64,000 nucleotides of DNA from a bacterium (GTDB lineage Bacteria; AUK180), in contig JAGLGN010000006.1 of the NCBI GenBank assembly GCA_023144005.1, positions 148,440 to 212,439 of the forward strand, in the 5' to 3' direction. The notes beneath the pieces were generated by a model. It was not told the origin of the DNA. It made no database searches and saw nothing but the letters and a program-made list of their open reading frames with translations. Positions 38,360 to 48,189 of this stretch are shown here, piece by piece. How positions within the stretch are numbered: position 1 is the first letter of the stretch; every line of letters begins with the position of its first letter. The position numbers and the translations under genes are program-made.

Positions 38360-39217
38360 CCGCTTCTTGCCGGTTTTAAAAAATATCCCTCGAAACAATC
38401 CGTTTAAATATGCTGCCGCGAGTATAATAAAAAGCAGTCGCTCACGAAGAGTCAATCTGATGGATAAGGTTTGGGATACTGACGCACCGGCCTTTTTGAA
38501 AGGGTAGGATACTAACTTGATCAGAAAACTTTTGACACTCATCGTCCCGGTCTGGGCATGACCGATGCCAATTCTGTATCTCTTCTTCCACATCGACACA
38601 AAGGTTTTCTTGGAATGATGAAGCACGCGCACATCGGGAGCGTATATCATTGAGAAGCCTTTCTCCGTCGCGCTTTTACTCCATAACATATCGGCGCCGG
38701 AAACGATTTCCACAGGAAAGATACCCTGGGAAAGAAAGACAGAATTTCTGATCAATAAATTCCCCCCGGCTGACATCCCCTTTTTGGAATAATTGCGTTG
38801 ATTCACATGCATCTTAGCATCCATTTGTTCCCAGATATTATGATCCGATTCCCTGTATAGCTCGATATGTCCCGCCACCATATCATATTTCCTCAAGTAC
38901 TCCAGAGCATTTTCCAGCCAATCAGCAAGCGGTATACAATCATCGTCTATGAAAGCGATAAGATCGCCCGATACTGATGCCAATCCAAGATTGCGGGCGG
39001 CATAAGATGAGGCGATCGTATCTTCTCTTACTATCTGAACATCCAATCCGTTCAATGATCTGAGATATTTCTCCGAATCATCTGTCGTCAGGTTCAAGAC
39101 CACTATCACCTCGAAGTTATTATATGTCTGTGCCTTCAGAGCCTCCATGCATTGCGGTAATACGCCCATGCCGTTATGAGAAGGTATAATAATCGAAAAT
39201 TTTTCTTCGCTTTTCAT
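38351..39217 (-). CDS. Family 2 glycosyltransferase
   Basis: 288 aa with FSIIIPSHNG and DDDC motifs. Confidence 0.8.
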   Translation of the reverse strand: MKSEEKFSIIIPSHNGMGVLPQCMEALKAQTYNNFEVIVVLNLTTDDSEKYLRSLNGLDVQIVREDTIASSYAARNLGLASVSGDLIAFIDDDCIPLADWLENALEYLRKYDMVAGHIELYRESDHNIWEQMDAKMHVNQRNYSKKGMSAGGNLLIRNSVFLSQGIFPVEIVSGADMLWSKSATEKGFSMIYAPDVRVLHHSKKTFVSMWKKRYRIGIGHAQTGTMSVKSFLIKLVSYPFKKAGASVSQTLSIRLTLRERLLFIILAAAYLNGLFRGIFFKTGKKRLQ

Positions 39218-39248
39218 TGTCCAGCCTTCATATATTTATCTCATATCC

Positions 39249-40601
39249 TCATATGATTATATCATCCATACGGGGAAATTTAAATCCGCTCTGTGTAAAT
39301 TTCGAAATTTCTTCCGTGTATTCAGCGATCTCACCCATTGACCGCTCAAATTGCCTTTTTCTCCGCACTTTTTTACTATAGACGCTACCGTCAAGCAGTC
39401 CGAAATTCGCGCTCATGGGTTTGAACCCGGATTTGCCGGGAGGGGAAGAAAGATATCGCAAAAGCGCGCCGGTCATCGTATTTTCCCCGGGTATAATGAA
39501 CTCTCCTTTCTGCAGGTCCTGCAGCATCGCCAGGCCCGCAACGATACCGCTTACGGCGGATTCAATATAGCCCTCCACGCCGGTCAGCTGACCAGCGAAG
39601 AAGATCCTCTTTTTTCCAGAGTCGATCAGTTTTATCCCATTCTGCAATATGCCTGGTGAATTGATATATGTATTTCTGTGCATGATGCCGTATCTCAGGA
39701 ACTTGGCACCCTGAAGGCCGGGGATCATTCTCAACACTCTCTTCTGCTCCTCAAATTTCAATCGTGTCTGAAAACCGATAAGCTCCACTGCATCGTATAG
39801 ATTGTTCTCAGGTCGCGCCTGGACCACAGCGTGCGGACGCTTCTCAATATAATCCCTGAATCCAACAGGGCGGAGCGGGCCGAAACACAGAGACTCCTTC
39901 CCCCTTGAGGCGATCTCCTCAACCGGAAGACAAGCCTCAAAAAAGAGTTTTTCATCAACATCGTTCAGGGGAACCGTGCCAGCATTTATCAGCTCATCGT
40001 AAAATGCGGAATATTGAGCTTCATCCATAGGAAAATTCAAGAGCTTACCTTCGCCCTTTCCATATCTCAGCCCCCAAAAGGTCTGGGACATATCTATTGT
40101 ATCGGTTCTTATAACAGGTGAGACAGCATCGTAAAAATATAAGCTGTCAGCGCCAGTAAGGGTCTGAATAAAAGAGGAGAAGGACGGAGAAGTAAGCGGG
40201 CCTGTCGCGATGATGATGTTCTCAAAGGCGGTAAGGTCAAGGACCTCTTCCCTCTTGATCTTGATATTGGGATCATTTGACAATTCTTCTGTGATCATGC
40301 GCGAAAACTCTTCGCGGACCACATTAAGGGATCGCCCGGCAGGAACCCTTGTTTCTACGGCAATTTTCAGCACTAGGGAATTCAGACGGCGCATCTCTGC
40401 CTTTAACAGTCCCTTGGAGGTCAGCGGATCCATGCTCTTAAGAGAGTTGGAACAGACTATCTCGGCAAGGTCGCCGGTTATATGGATCCCTGTCATCTTC
40501 TTGGGGCGCATCTCCCAAAGGGTCACCTTTACGCCATTGCTTGACAGAATACTGGCGGCTTCCACTCCGGCCAAACCGCCGCCGATAATATCAACCTTCA
40601 C
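39249..40601 (-). CDS. trmFO: Methylenetetrahydrofolate--tRNA-(uracil54-C5)-methyltransferase TrmFO
   Basis: 450 aa with an FAD-binding N-terminus (VDIIGGGLAGVEAA...LWEMRP) and TrmFO/Gid family body. Confidence 0.9.
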   Translation of the reverse strand: MKVDIIGGGLAGVEAASILSSNGVKVTLWEMRPKKMTGIHITGDLAEIVCSNSLKSMDPLTSKGLLKAEMRRLNSLVLKIAVETRVPAGRSLNVVREEFSRMITEELSNDPNIKIKREEVLDLTAFENIIIATGPLTSPSFSSFIQTLTGADSLYFYDAVSPVIRTDTIDMSQTFWGLRYGKGEGKLLNFPMDEAQYSAFYDELINAGTVPLNDVDEKLFFEACLPVEEIASRGKESLCFGPLRPVGFRDYIEKRPHAVVQARPENNLYDAVELIGFQTRLKFEEQKRVLRMIPGLQGAKFLRYGIMHRNTYINSPGILQNGIKLIDSGKKRIFFAGQLTGVEGYIESAVSGIVAGLAMLQDLQKGEFIIPGENTMTGALLRYLSSPPGKSGFKPMSANFGLLDGSVYSKKVRRKRQFERSMGEIAEYTEEISKFTQSGFKFPRMDDIII

Positions 40602-43384
40602 TATTTACCACCGATGCTTCTGATCACTCCGAGGTAATCTTCATGATATTCTTTATTTACGGGGCGGTCATTCAGCAGATCGGGATACCATTTCTGTATG
40701 AACCGCCCGATACGCGAGATCCTTGTATTATCCTTTTTTCCAGAATAGACCGCCCTTTGAAGTTCAAGCAATTCCACAGCAACCCGGCGGCCCGCATCGA
40801 CAAGATCATCGGACAATTGCTCTTTTCTTAATGCCTCTTTGATCGCTTCCATTTTTTCCTCAATCTTCCCGGAGGTTCCGGCAAGTTCGCCTTTTTCCTT
40901 GCTTTCTTTGATATCTTCGGACAATTTTGAGAGTCGTTCCTGCAGTTCCTGCTGCTTATCAGCAGCCTGCTTCACGGCATCGCTCATCCTCTTATTCATA
41001 CCGGAAGAACGGTATTGTTCCATCATTTTCTCCAGATAACTATTGAGTTTCTGCTGATCTTGTGAAAGGGAGTTGAGCTTTTCAAAAAGATTCATTGAGC
41101 TGCCCGAAGAACAAGAGGAGGCATCCATTCTATCCATGAGGACTATCAGTTTATTTAAAAAGATCGCATTGGAATTCTTGAATTGAGAAAAATATCTCTG
41201 CTCCTTTTTCAGGCGGTAATTTTGAAAACTATTGTATGTATTTTGAAAAGAACTGTGAAGCGAGTGGTCGAACATCATCAGGATCGCGGCAAAAGAAGCC
41301 ATCTCATCTTTCATTGCGGCAAGATTCGATTCCGCCCAGCTCTCCATCTCAGGCGTAAAGTGCGACATCACATCAAGAGCGACGGTCTTCTCGACAAGGG
41401 GCGAAAGGTCAGGAGAGCTATTGGAACGGTTGTTCAATTTATCCGCGGAATAATCTTTGAAATCCGATGATAATTTTTTCTTGCTTTGCTCAAAGGTCTT
41501 TTGCTGCATCTTTTGATTCATCTTTGATAATTCATTTCTTGCTTTATCGGGGTCAAGAAGCTTTTCGTCCTCTTTATCAAAACGCGAGAACAGATCAGAT
41601 ACATCGCTCTTGATCTCGTCCAATTTATCGGTTTGCTTCTGTTCTAATTGATCCAATTTCTTTGAAATACGGGCAGCGTCTAACCCTTTTTTATATTCTT
41701 CGAGCTGTTTGATGATCCTCTCTAATTCCCAGGATATCTTCTCAAGATCGGCCTGTGATACCTTTTGTGACGATGGGCGGGAATCCAATCCCTGCTCCAT
41801 TTTCTGCCGCAGCAGATCCAGCACTTCTTTATTCAAAAGTTCTTTCATGAGCTCCTGCTGCCTTTTTACCTGCTCGATGATCTTCTTTTCAACCTTCAGT
41901 TCTTCCAGTGCTGCCTCCAAGTATTCCATGGTCTTCTCTATCGTTTCGCCACGCTTCTGGATCTCTTGTGTAAGTTCGTTGCTCTTTGAAGTTTTCGGAT
42001 CGAATTTCTTGTCACCGCCATCCAGCGGCTCCGCCTTCATCATCTCAAGTTCCCCGAAAAGCGTACTGCCGACCTCCTCCCAAATATCCTGCAAAGCATT
42101 ATTATCCATAAGAGAAAGAGTGAGCTTTCTTGAGCGGCCTTCCTTTCCATAGCCGTCAAAAGACCTTATATAGATATAGACGTAGCTGTCTGATATATCC
42201 GTTATTCTTTCCAACGGGATCATGTATTTCCCGGAGAGAGACAGCGAACCCTTATTCACTCTCAACTCCCTTATGCCGGCTATTCCTCCGCTTTCCTTCT
42301 CCCAGGCAAATTCAACCCTGTATATCCCATCGGGATCTGTAATTTCGTACCGCAATTCATAATCTCCATAAAAACCGTCCAGTTCAACATCTTCAAGCGG
42401 TTTCGTTATCTTTACCGATGGACCTGAATTGGGCGCGATGGGGATCCTTTTATAGAACTTCCCTGCAAGATAGCCGCTCTTATAAAAGTAAGCGAGAAAC
42501 TCACAGTCATTGAAGGGAATGATGGAAGAGGCAAGCAGATCAGAGCGGTTGCCATCCACGGTCAGAACAAAGGTATCATAATCCCCCTGCGGCTCGATCT
42601 TGTAATGCAGCGTTTCACCCTCAAGCGGTATTCTGTCCCCGGGTTCCAAATTCCTGCCTTGTCTTTTGATATGGAAGTGCGAGCGGAAACTAAGGGGAAG
42701 TATGAATTCCACAGGGATCTCCTTGCTTCCGCCTTTCCAGGTAACGATCAGAGGAGAGCGCTCTATCGCTGGAAGCTCGATCTCTGAATTATTAACACTT
42801 TGCTTAAATAATGGGTCCCTCCCGTCAGAGATAGAGATTTCAATGGCATCGCCATAGGTATGGATATTCATTCTTACTGGATCGGCTGTGAAGCGGTTAT
42901 ACACCAGTCTGTCGGGTGATATCCGCACAAAGGAAGCGGTGGAAAGACCGGTATTCATCCCTGTCAGCAGCCAAGAGAACGCGATGATGAAAAATATCTG
43001 AATATATACCGCTCTGAACAACCAGAAAGGCGGGATGACCGGAGAAGTCCTCTGCATGAGCAGGTCATAGAGTTTCAATATCTCAAAATCGACGGCACCG
43101 GCGTCAGCACCGCTTTTCAATATCAGCGCGTGATATAATCTGTTCCCTTCATCACCGCAATCCTTTTTGATCATTCTCAATACTCCCCGATCCGAAATAT
43201 ACAGAAGAATAATTAATATCAACGGTATCAGAATAAGAAATACGGGCAATCGCGCCCAGATCACGATCGCAAGAAGAATAGGAAGAAGGCAGAGGGATAT
43301 CAGAAGGCCGCGTACAAATTGATACATTCTGAAATGATTGAGAAGCTCCTTTGCTTTTCTCCCGATGCCAGTGTGCTGTTTCAT
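40601..43384 (-). CDS. Membrane-anchored protein with N-terminal TM helices, a beta-rich middle domain and a long C-terminal coiled coil (unknown function)
   Basis: 927 aa. Its stop overlaps the trmFO start by 1 nt. The final 500 aa show heptad-like charged repeats. Confidence 0.6.
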   Translation of the reverse strand: MKQHTGIGRKAKELLNHFRMYQFVRGLLISLCLLPILLAIVIWARLPVFLILIPLILIILLYISDRGVLRMIKKDCGDEGNRLYHALILKSGADAGAVDFEILKLYDLLMQRTSPVIPPFWLFRAVYIQIFFIIAFSWLLTGMNTGLSTASFVRISPDRLVYNRFTADPVRMNIHTYGDAIEISISDGRDPLFKQSVNNSEIELPAIERSPLIVTWKGGSKEIPVEFILPLSFRSHFHIKRQGRNLEPGDRIPLEGETLHYKIEPQGDYDTFVLTVDGNRSDLLASSIIPFNDCEFLAYFYKSGYLAGKFYKRIPIAPNSGPSVKITKPLEDVELDGFYGDYELRYEITDPDGIYRVEFAWEKESGGIAGIRELRVNKGSLSLSGKYMIPLERITDISDSYVYIYIRSFDGYGKEGRSRKLTLSLMDNNALQDIWEEVGSTLFGELEMMKAEPLDGGDKKFDPKTSKSNELTQEIQKRGETIEKTMEYLEAALEELKVEKKIIEQVKRQQELMKELLNKEVLDLLRQKMEQGLDSRPSSQKVSQADLEKISWELERIIKQLEEYKKGLDAARISKKLDQLEQKQTDKLDEIKSDVSDLFSRFDKEDEKLLDPDKARNELSKMNQKMQQKTFEQSKKKLSSDFKDYSADKLNNRSNSSPDLSPLVEKTVALDVMSHFTPEMESWAESNLAAMKDEMASFAAILMMFDHSLHSSFQNTYNSFQNYRLKKEQRYFSQFKNSNAIFLNKLIVLMDRMDASSCSSGSSMNLFEKLNSLSQDQQKLNSYLEKMMEQYRSSGMNKRMSDAVKQAADKQQELQERLSKLSEDIKESKEKGELAGTSGKIEEKMEAIKEALRKEQLSDDLVDAGRRVAVELLELQRAVYSGKKDNTRISRIGRFIQKWYPDLLNDRPVNKEYHEDYLGVIRSIGGK

Positions 43385-43417
43385 AAATACGATGACAGTC
43401 GTTCACGTGGCGAACGA

Positions 43418-43447
43418 TGTGTGAAGTGTGATGTGTGATGTGTAAAG
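43418..43447 (+). repeat. Tandem heptamer repeat TGTGA(A/T)G x4 (C-free)
   Basis: TGTGTGAAG TGTGATG TGTGATG TGTAAAG immediately upstream of the 927-aa gene. A related TGTGAAG x2-3 array lies at 20428-20451. Confidence 0.5.
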
Positions 43448-43548
43448 CGAGGAGAACAAGGCAATATCCACATCCGTAATCGGAAAATCAATATTTCGTT
43501 TAACACTGTAATTTTCCTGTTCCAATCATATCACGCCGGATCCCAATC

Positions 43549-43938
43549 AAGATATGGGACATGTCGTACGCCATCGGCGTTCGTCTGTCCCGATGTAAAA
43601 ATACCAAGCGGAGAGTTGAAAATTGCGAAGCAATACGAGTGTTCTGATTCATAAAGACGGTAACAATGGCTGATGCTATATTGATCCGTATTCTAGGCGC
43701 GAGGAATGGTGCATACCCAGCACGGTATGTAAGCGACGAGCAACGCAGAAGACGGAAAAAGAGCTTCAGCCCGAAGGGAATATCATCTTTGATCAATTTC
43801 TTCCTCTCTCTTCGCTTATGTACCACTAAGGGTACGCAACGCTCATTGTTCGTTGGAATTGACTCAAACCTAAACATTCCATTGTCACTGTATGTATGAA
43901 TCAGAGCACTAAACTCTTCGCAATATATAAAATCACAC
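43549..43938 (-). repeat. Second repeat family, copy 2 (reverse orientation), carrying a nested MITE copy
   Basis: The flanks 43549-43637 and 43911-43938 match 20017-20132 in reverse complement. The 273-bp element sits between them at the position corresponding to 20038-20044. Confidence 0.45.
43638..43910 (+). mobile_element. MITE-like element copy B (273 bp, diverged TIRs)
   Basis: TIRs AGTGTTCTGATTCATAAAGACGGTAACAATGG / CCATTGTCACTGTATGTATGAATCAGAGCACT. The body is about 85% identical to copy A. Confidence 0.6.
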
Positions 43939-43948
43939 GATAACATAC

Positions 43949-44506
43949 TTAACGCTCCTCAGAAAATACAAATGCTTCAAAGGTCAGAAGTTCCGTTGAA
44001 GGGTCTTTCCAGGCCTCGGCCGGAAGGCCGGCTTTACCGAAGCACAGATGAGAAAGAAAGGTCGGAAGATCCCAACCCGTTTCTGTGGCCACCTGAGGGA
44101 GAAATACTCCCTGGCTGAAACCTTTTTTCACCAGCACTCCATGCTGGCCCAATATGATATCTTTGTATGAATTTACTTTTTTCATTGGTGACAATACCGA
44201 TAATTCCACGGTCAGGTCAGTAAGCTCCTCAGGGCGGACATCAGGAAAACGGGGATCGCCCAATGCTGACTCAACGGATGTTTCCAATACGGATTTCCAC
44301 AATGGATCGCGGGCGATGATAAAGCCGATGCAACCTCTTAATTCCCCCGCTTTCTTCAAAGTGGTAAAAACGCCGTATGGCTTACCGTACTTATTTTTCA
44401 ATTCCAAAGACATCTTCATATACTCATTGTTCTTGAGATAAAAAACAATGCTGGAACGGGCAAGGGATAACAATTCTTTCTGGTCGGCGGAGGAGAAATT
44501 TATCAT
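43949..44506 (-). CDS. AMMECR1-domain protein (AmmeMemoRadiSam system protein A-like)
   Basis: 185 aa with the LRGCIGF motif. Confidence 0.8.
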   Translation of the reverse strand: MINFSSADQKELLSLARSSIVFYLKNNEYMKMSLELKNKYGKPYGVFTTLKKAGELRGCIGFIIARDPLWKSVLETSVESALGDPRFPDVRPEELTDLTVELSVLSPMKKVNSYKDIILGQHGVLVKKGFSQGVFLPQVATETGWDLPTFLSHLCFGKAGLPAEAWKDPSTELLTFEAFVFSEER

Positions 44507-45390
44507 TTTTTCACCTTATCATAAAATATGAAGGAGCCGTAAGTGGTAATGAGGCTTCCTTCAAAAAGCAGCACGGCATCATCCGTGTATTTGATCAATT
44601 CCATGTGACCGGCCCGGCGGGCATCTTCTGAAAAGGAATTGAAAAACGCGGTGAGGGCGGCTGAACCCCTTACTTCCCCTTGGTCAGAATAACATTTCTC
44701 TATTGAGGAGATATCTCTGCTTATTATACTCTTGATGAGCGCGGCATCAAATTTCTCTGCCACAGCGCCGGGCTTGGAATAGGAAAGATTGACTGAGGAG
44801 ATAATAAGTGAAGAACCGCAGTGTTCCCTCACCAGGCGGCTCACCTTTAATGCTGTTTCAGGATCTCCCTCGGGCAGCAACACGGGCAGGACGGGAAGCC
44901 CGGGAAAGTGCTTGTGAATAAAGGGTAAGTGCACCTCCATCTGATAGAAAGTATTGAAGCGTTTATAGTCCGCGTCGACAGCAGGAGAGGCGGCGAACGA
45001 TCGGGCTTTACTTCTGTCCATCGGCATACGGGCGCCGGGGATAATAAAAATATCAAAATCCGGCACAAGAGCAATTTCACCCTCATACTCCGCCAGAATG
45101 ACCACTCCATCATAGGCCGCATAATTCTCAGATGAAAGCTCTGCATATGCCATCCCCATTGTCTGGCCGGCGAATCTATAGGCCGCATGAGGAACTATCA
45201 TCCCTCTGATGGTCTTTGGGATCGTATTCGTCGGGGACGTGCTCTCCAGTGTTGTTATCATTTTTTCTAAAAGGGCGGTAGGGCCCGGATAATATGCTCC
45301 CACTCCACCGGGGAGAACTTCAAGGGGTTTGGCGGAACAGATCAAAAGAAGGGCTAGAAAAAGAATGCAGGGATCAGCTTTGGCTCTCAT
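44503..45390 (-). CDS. Memo1-family protein (AmmeMemoRadiSam system protein B-like) with a signal-peptide-like N-terminus
   Basis: Contains GAYYPG and MIVPHAAYRFAG (Memo signature). The N-terminal 22 aa are hydrophobic (MRAKADPCILFLALLLICSAKPL). Confidence 0.75.
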   Translation of the reverse strand: MRAKADPCILFLALLLICSAKPLEVLPGGVGAYYPGPTALLEKMITTLESTSPTNTIPKTIRGMIVPHAAYRFAGQTMGMAYAELSSENYAAYDGVVILAEYEGEIALVPDFDIFIIPGARMPMDRSKARSFAASPAVDADYKRFNTFYQMEVHLPFIHKHFPGLPVLPVLLPEGDPETALKVSRLVREHCGSSLIISSVNLSYSKPGAVAEKFDAALIKSIISRDISSIEKCYSDQGEVRGSAALTAFFNSFSEDARRAGHMELIKYTDDAVLLFEGSLITTYGSFIFYDKVKK

Positions 45391-47209
45391 TTCTGAGTTT
45401 TTTTCCTAACTCCCTATATTTCTCCTCTTTATCCTTATCCGAAGTATTTTTATAGTAAAGGTACAGAATCGCCGCCGACTCAAGAGAATCGACCTCACCT
45501 TCTTCCAAGAAATCAATGATCTTGCTTAGCCACCATATATTTTCAGAAATATCCGCCTTCTTCATGTAGTCGAGCACCTTTTTGATATTCCCGGCAAAAT
45601 AGAAATGTATATTCTTGAAAACCGGCATCATCTCATCTGACTTATGCTTTATTACGAATTGCTTCTCGGCATCCGCATCTCCGTCGGAGGCTATTTCAAG
45701 GTACATAGAAAGAATTTCTTCTCTTGAGAGCTCAGCCGGTTTATCCTTTTCGTCAGGCACCGTGTCTGGTTCGGCTTCCGCTTCTTCGGAAGAGATTTTC
45801 TCGTCATCGTCTACGGGGGCTTTATCTTCGTCTTCGCTTGCAGCTTCAGCAAGCGCTTTTTCCGGTTCCGGCTCGAGTTCAATTGCTTCCGGCTCTTCTG
45901 CAAGTGCGGGTTCTTCCTCGGCAACTGCCTCCGGTTCTTTTTCGGTTGCGGATTCTTCTTCGGTAATTGATTCCGATTCTTCAGCATCAACGGCAGCAGT
46001 ATCCTGCGCTTGCTCTTCTTCCGAAGAGGTGATCTCCTCCACGGCAACATCTTGCGAAGAGGTGGAGGCCGGTTCGGGCTCAATTTCCGCAGGGGATTCT
46101 TTTTTTGCTTTATCCTTCTTTATTTTTTCCTTCTTTGCCTTTTCTTTCTTTACCTTCTCTATTTTAGGCTTTTTGATCTTTTCTTTTTTCGGCCGGGCTT
46201 TTATTTTTTTCACCAAAGTATTGATCCCGCTTATCGTTAAAAATATGATTACAATGGTTCCTAAGCCACCGCTGATATAGATCGCCAATTTCTTGAACAA
46301 GGCCTTCTTCTTAGTCTCTAACTTCCTGCGAAAACCCCCTAATTTCTTTTCCGGATATTTCTTTTCCATCCTGAACAGCAGTTGTTCGGCTGGTTTGAGG
46401 CTGCCGCCGGTCAAAAGGAGATTCAATTCCGCGAGGTCCTTTTTGAAGGACTGGGTTCTTGTATATTTCTTTAGCCATTTCTCTATTCTTGGTGAATCTA
46501 TTCCGCTATTTTTGACATCCTTCAAGAAAGTAAGCCGTTGAGGCAGCCCCTTTAATTCCTGGGCTTTTTCGATTAAATAATCTATGACAAGATTTTCCGT
46601 ATTGATATTTGCCGTTTCCTTTGAAGCAGTGTAGCTTTCACTGAAATACTTCAGGCCCTGGGCCAGCTTTTCTCCGTTCAATTCCTCTCCGGCACCATGA
46701 AAATACATTTCACCGAGATAATAGAGGAGTAGCGGGTTCTTCTGCCAGCCTGTTTCCGATTTTATCTGTTCTTCGGCTTCCGGAAATCGCTGCAATTCCA
46801 CCAGGATCAGATACTTCAGCCTTTTCAAATGATTGGATGTGATAATATCCGTAGAGAGTCGAAGGCCTTTATTGGCCTTTTTCAAGGCTGGTTCAAGATC
46901 TTTCATCTCTATCAGCACCTTGACATATGTTTCATAGTCCAGGGATTTTGTTGCGCGTGGACTACTTGAGTTCTCTAATCTTCTTATATAAACAAGAGCC
47001 TCGGCATACTCTTCTATTTGAAAAAGAGACTCGATCAAGTACTTGTACATTGGATAATTAATGGGAGTTTCTCTGATAATTTCGCGGAATATGGGAGCCG
47101 CGTCTTCGTACTTATTTTCCCTGTACAGCGCCATCCCTTCTTTAGGAGATGCGCCGAATATCATTACCGAGAATAATACCGAGATCAGGAATAGAATTTT
47201 CATCTTCAT
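45374..47209 (-). CDS. TPR-like / membrane-spanning protein with Lys-rich and acidic low-complexity linker
   Basis: Start corrected to MKMKILFLISVLF (signal peptide). Followed by a TPR-like region, a TM helix, then a KEK-rich stretch and an E/A/P-rich acidic stretch. Confidence 0.55.
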   Translation of the reverse strand: MKMKILFLISVLFSVMIFGASPKEGMALYRENKYEDAAPIFREIIRETPINYPMYKYLIESLFQIEEYAEALVYIRRLENSSSPRATKSLDYETYVKVLIEMKDLEPALKKANKGLRLSTDIITSNHLKRLKYLILVELQRFPEAEEQIKSETGWQKNPLLLYYLGEMYFHGAGEELNGEKLAQGLKYFSESYTASKETANINTENLVIDYLIEKAQELKGLPQRLTFLKDVKNSGIDSPRIEKWLKKYTRTQSFKKDLAELNLLLTGGSLKPAEQLLFRMEKKYPEKKLGGFRRKLETKKKALFKKLAIYISGGLGTIVIIFLTISGINTLVKKIKARPKKEKIKKPKIEKVKKEKAKKEKIKKDKAKKESPAEIEPEPASTSSQDVAVEEITSSEEEQAQDTAAVDAEESESITEEESATEKEPEAVAEEEPALAEEPEAIELEPEPEKALAEAASEDEDKAPVDDDEKISSEEAEAEPDTVPDEKDKPAELSREEILSMYLEIASDGDADAEKQFVIKHKSDEMMPVFKNIHFYFAGNIKKVLDYMKKADISENIWWLSKIIDFLEEGEVDSLESAAILYLYYKNTSDKDKEEKYRELGKKLRNESQS

Positions 47210-47240
47210 ATAAGAATTATAACTAATATGAGTAAATAAA

Positions 47241-48188
47241 TCAATACGGAGAGTGTATTGACTGTGGTTTAGGGAAGAAATTCGAAAAGGACGGGCATTT
47301 CTCATAAGGCAGGTGAACACTCAGGTCATTACCGGTCACGGGATGTTCCATCTCAAGCCCGACAGCGGTCAGGAGATGATGATCAAGCTCTATCACTTCG
47401 CCGGAACCTGCCTTTATCTTTCTTCCGGCGGAAGAATATTGAATATCTCCCACAATAGGGTGGTTCAATGCCTTCATATGTACCCTGATCTGATGAGTCC
47501 TGCCGGTTACAAGCCCGAAGGAAAGAAGCGTAAATCTGTCATTTCTGTCTATGACCCTGAACAGGGTTATGGCCGAACGCGGGTTGATCCCGCCTTTTGT
47601 GAACAATTTCCTGTCGGAAGTGGATCTGCCGATGGGGTACCTGATCTCTCCCCTCTCATCCTTGACAATTCCCCAGCATATACCCAGATATATTTTTTTT
47701 ATCCTATGTTCTTTCTGCATTTCCACAAGGTTTTGAAAACAGCGGTCGGTAAGGGCTACCATAAGAAGGCCGGAGGTATCCTTATCAAGGCGATGAACGA
47801 TCCCGGGGCGCTGACGGCCGCCGATATCGGGAAGCGAATCACCATAAAGCTTCATAAGCCCGTTAACTATAGTATCATTCTGATGGCCGATGCCGGGATG
47901 AACGACTTGGCCGGAAAGTTTATTGATGATCAGCAGGTCATTGTCTTCGTATATCTTTTCTATCTTTATATCCGCAGGAAGGATCTCAACTGTTTCGCTA
48001 TCCGTTTCATCCGGAAAGCTGATCTCATCACCCGGATTGAGTTGCTTTGAGGCTTTGGCTGCATGCCCATTTATGCTTACCAGTCCGTCCTTTATTATCT
48101 TTTTTATCCTTGAACGCGACAGTTCGGGCAGGACTTGTGACAGAAAATAATCAAGACGCAGGCCCGGTTCGGTACATCTCAGAAGCAT
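47241..48188 (-). CDS. rluD: RluD-family 23S rRNA pseudouridine synthase
   Basis: Start corrected to MLLRCTEPGLRLDYFL. S4 domain followed by a catalytic HRLDKDTSGLL motif. Confidence 0.85.
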   Translation of the reverse strand: MLLRCTEPGLRLDYFLSQVLPELSRSRIKKIIKDGLVSINGHAAKASKQLNPGDEISFPDETDSETVEILPADIKIEKIYEDNDLLIINKLSGQVVHPGIGHQNDTIVNGLMKLYGDSLPDIGGRQRPGIVHRLDKDTSGLLMVALTDRCFQNLVEMQKEHRIKKIYLGICWGIVKDERGEIRYPIGRSTSDRKLFTKGGINPRSAITLFRVIDRNDRFTLLSFGLVTGRTHQIRVHMKALNHPIVGDIQYSSAGRKIKAGSGEVIELDHHLLTAVGLEMEHPVTGNDLSVHLPYEKCPSFSNFFPKPQSIHSPY

Positions 48189-48189
48189 C

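Noticed and set aside
45615-46280. 221-aa Ser/Ala-rich plus-strand ORF
   Set aside because: It is antisense to the low-complexity Lys/Glu-rich linker of the 45374-47209 gene. This is a compositional artefact.
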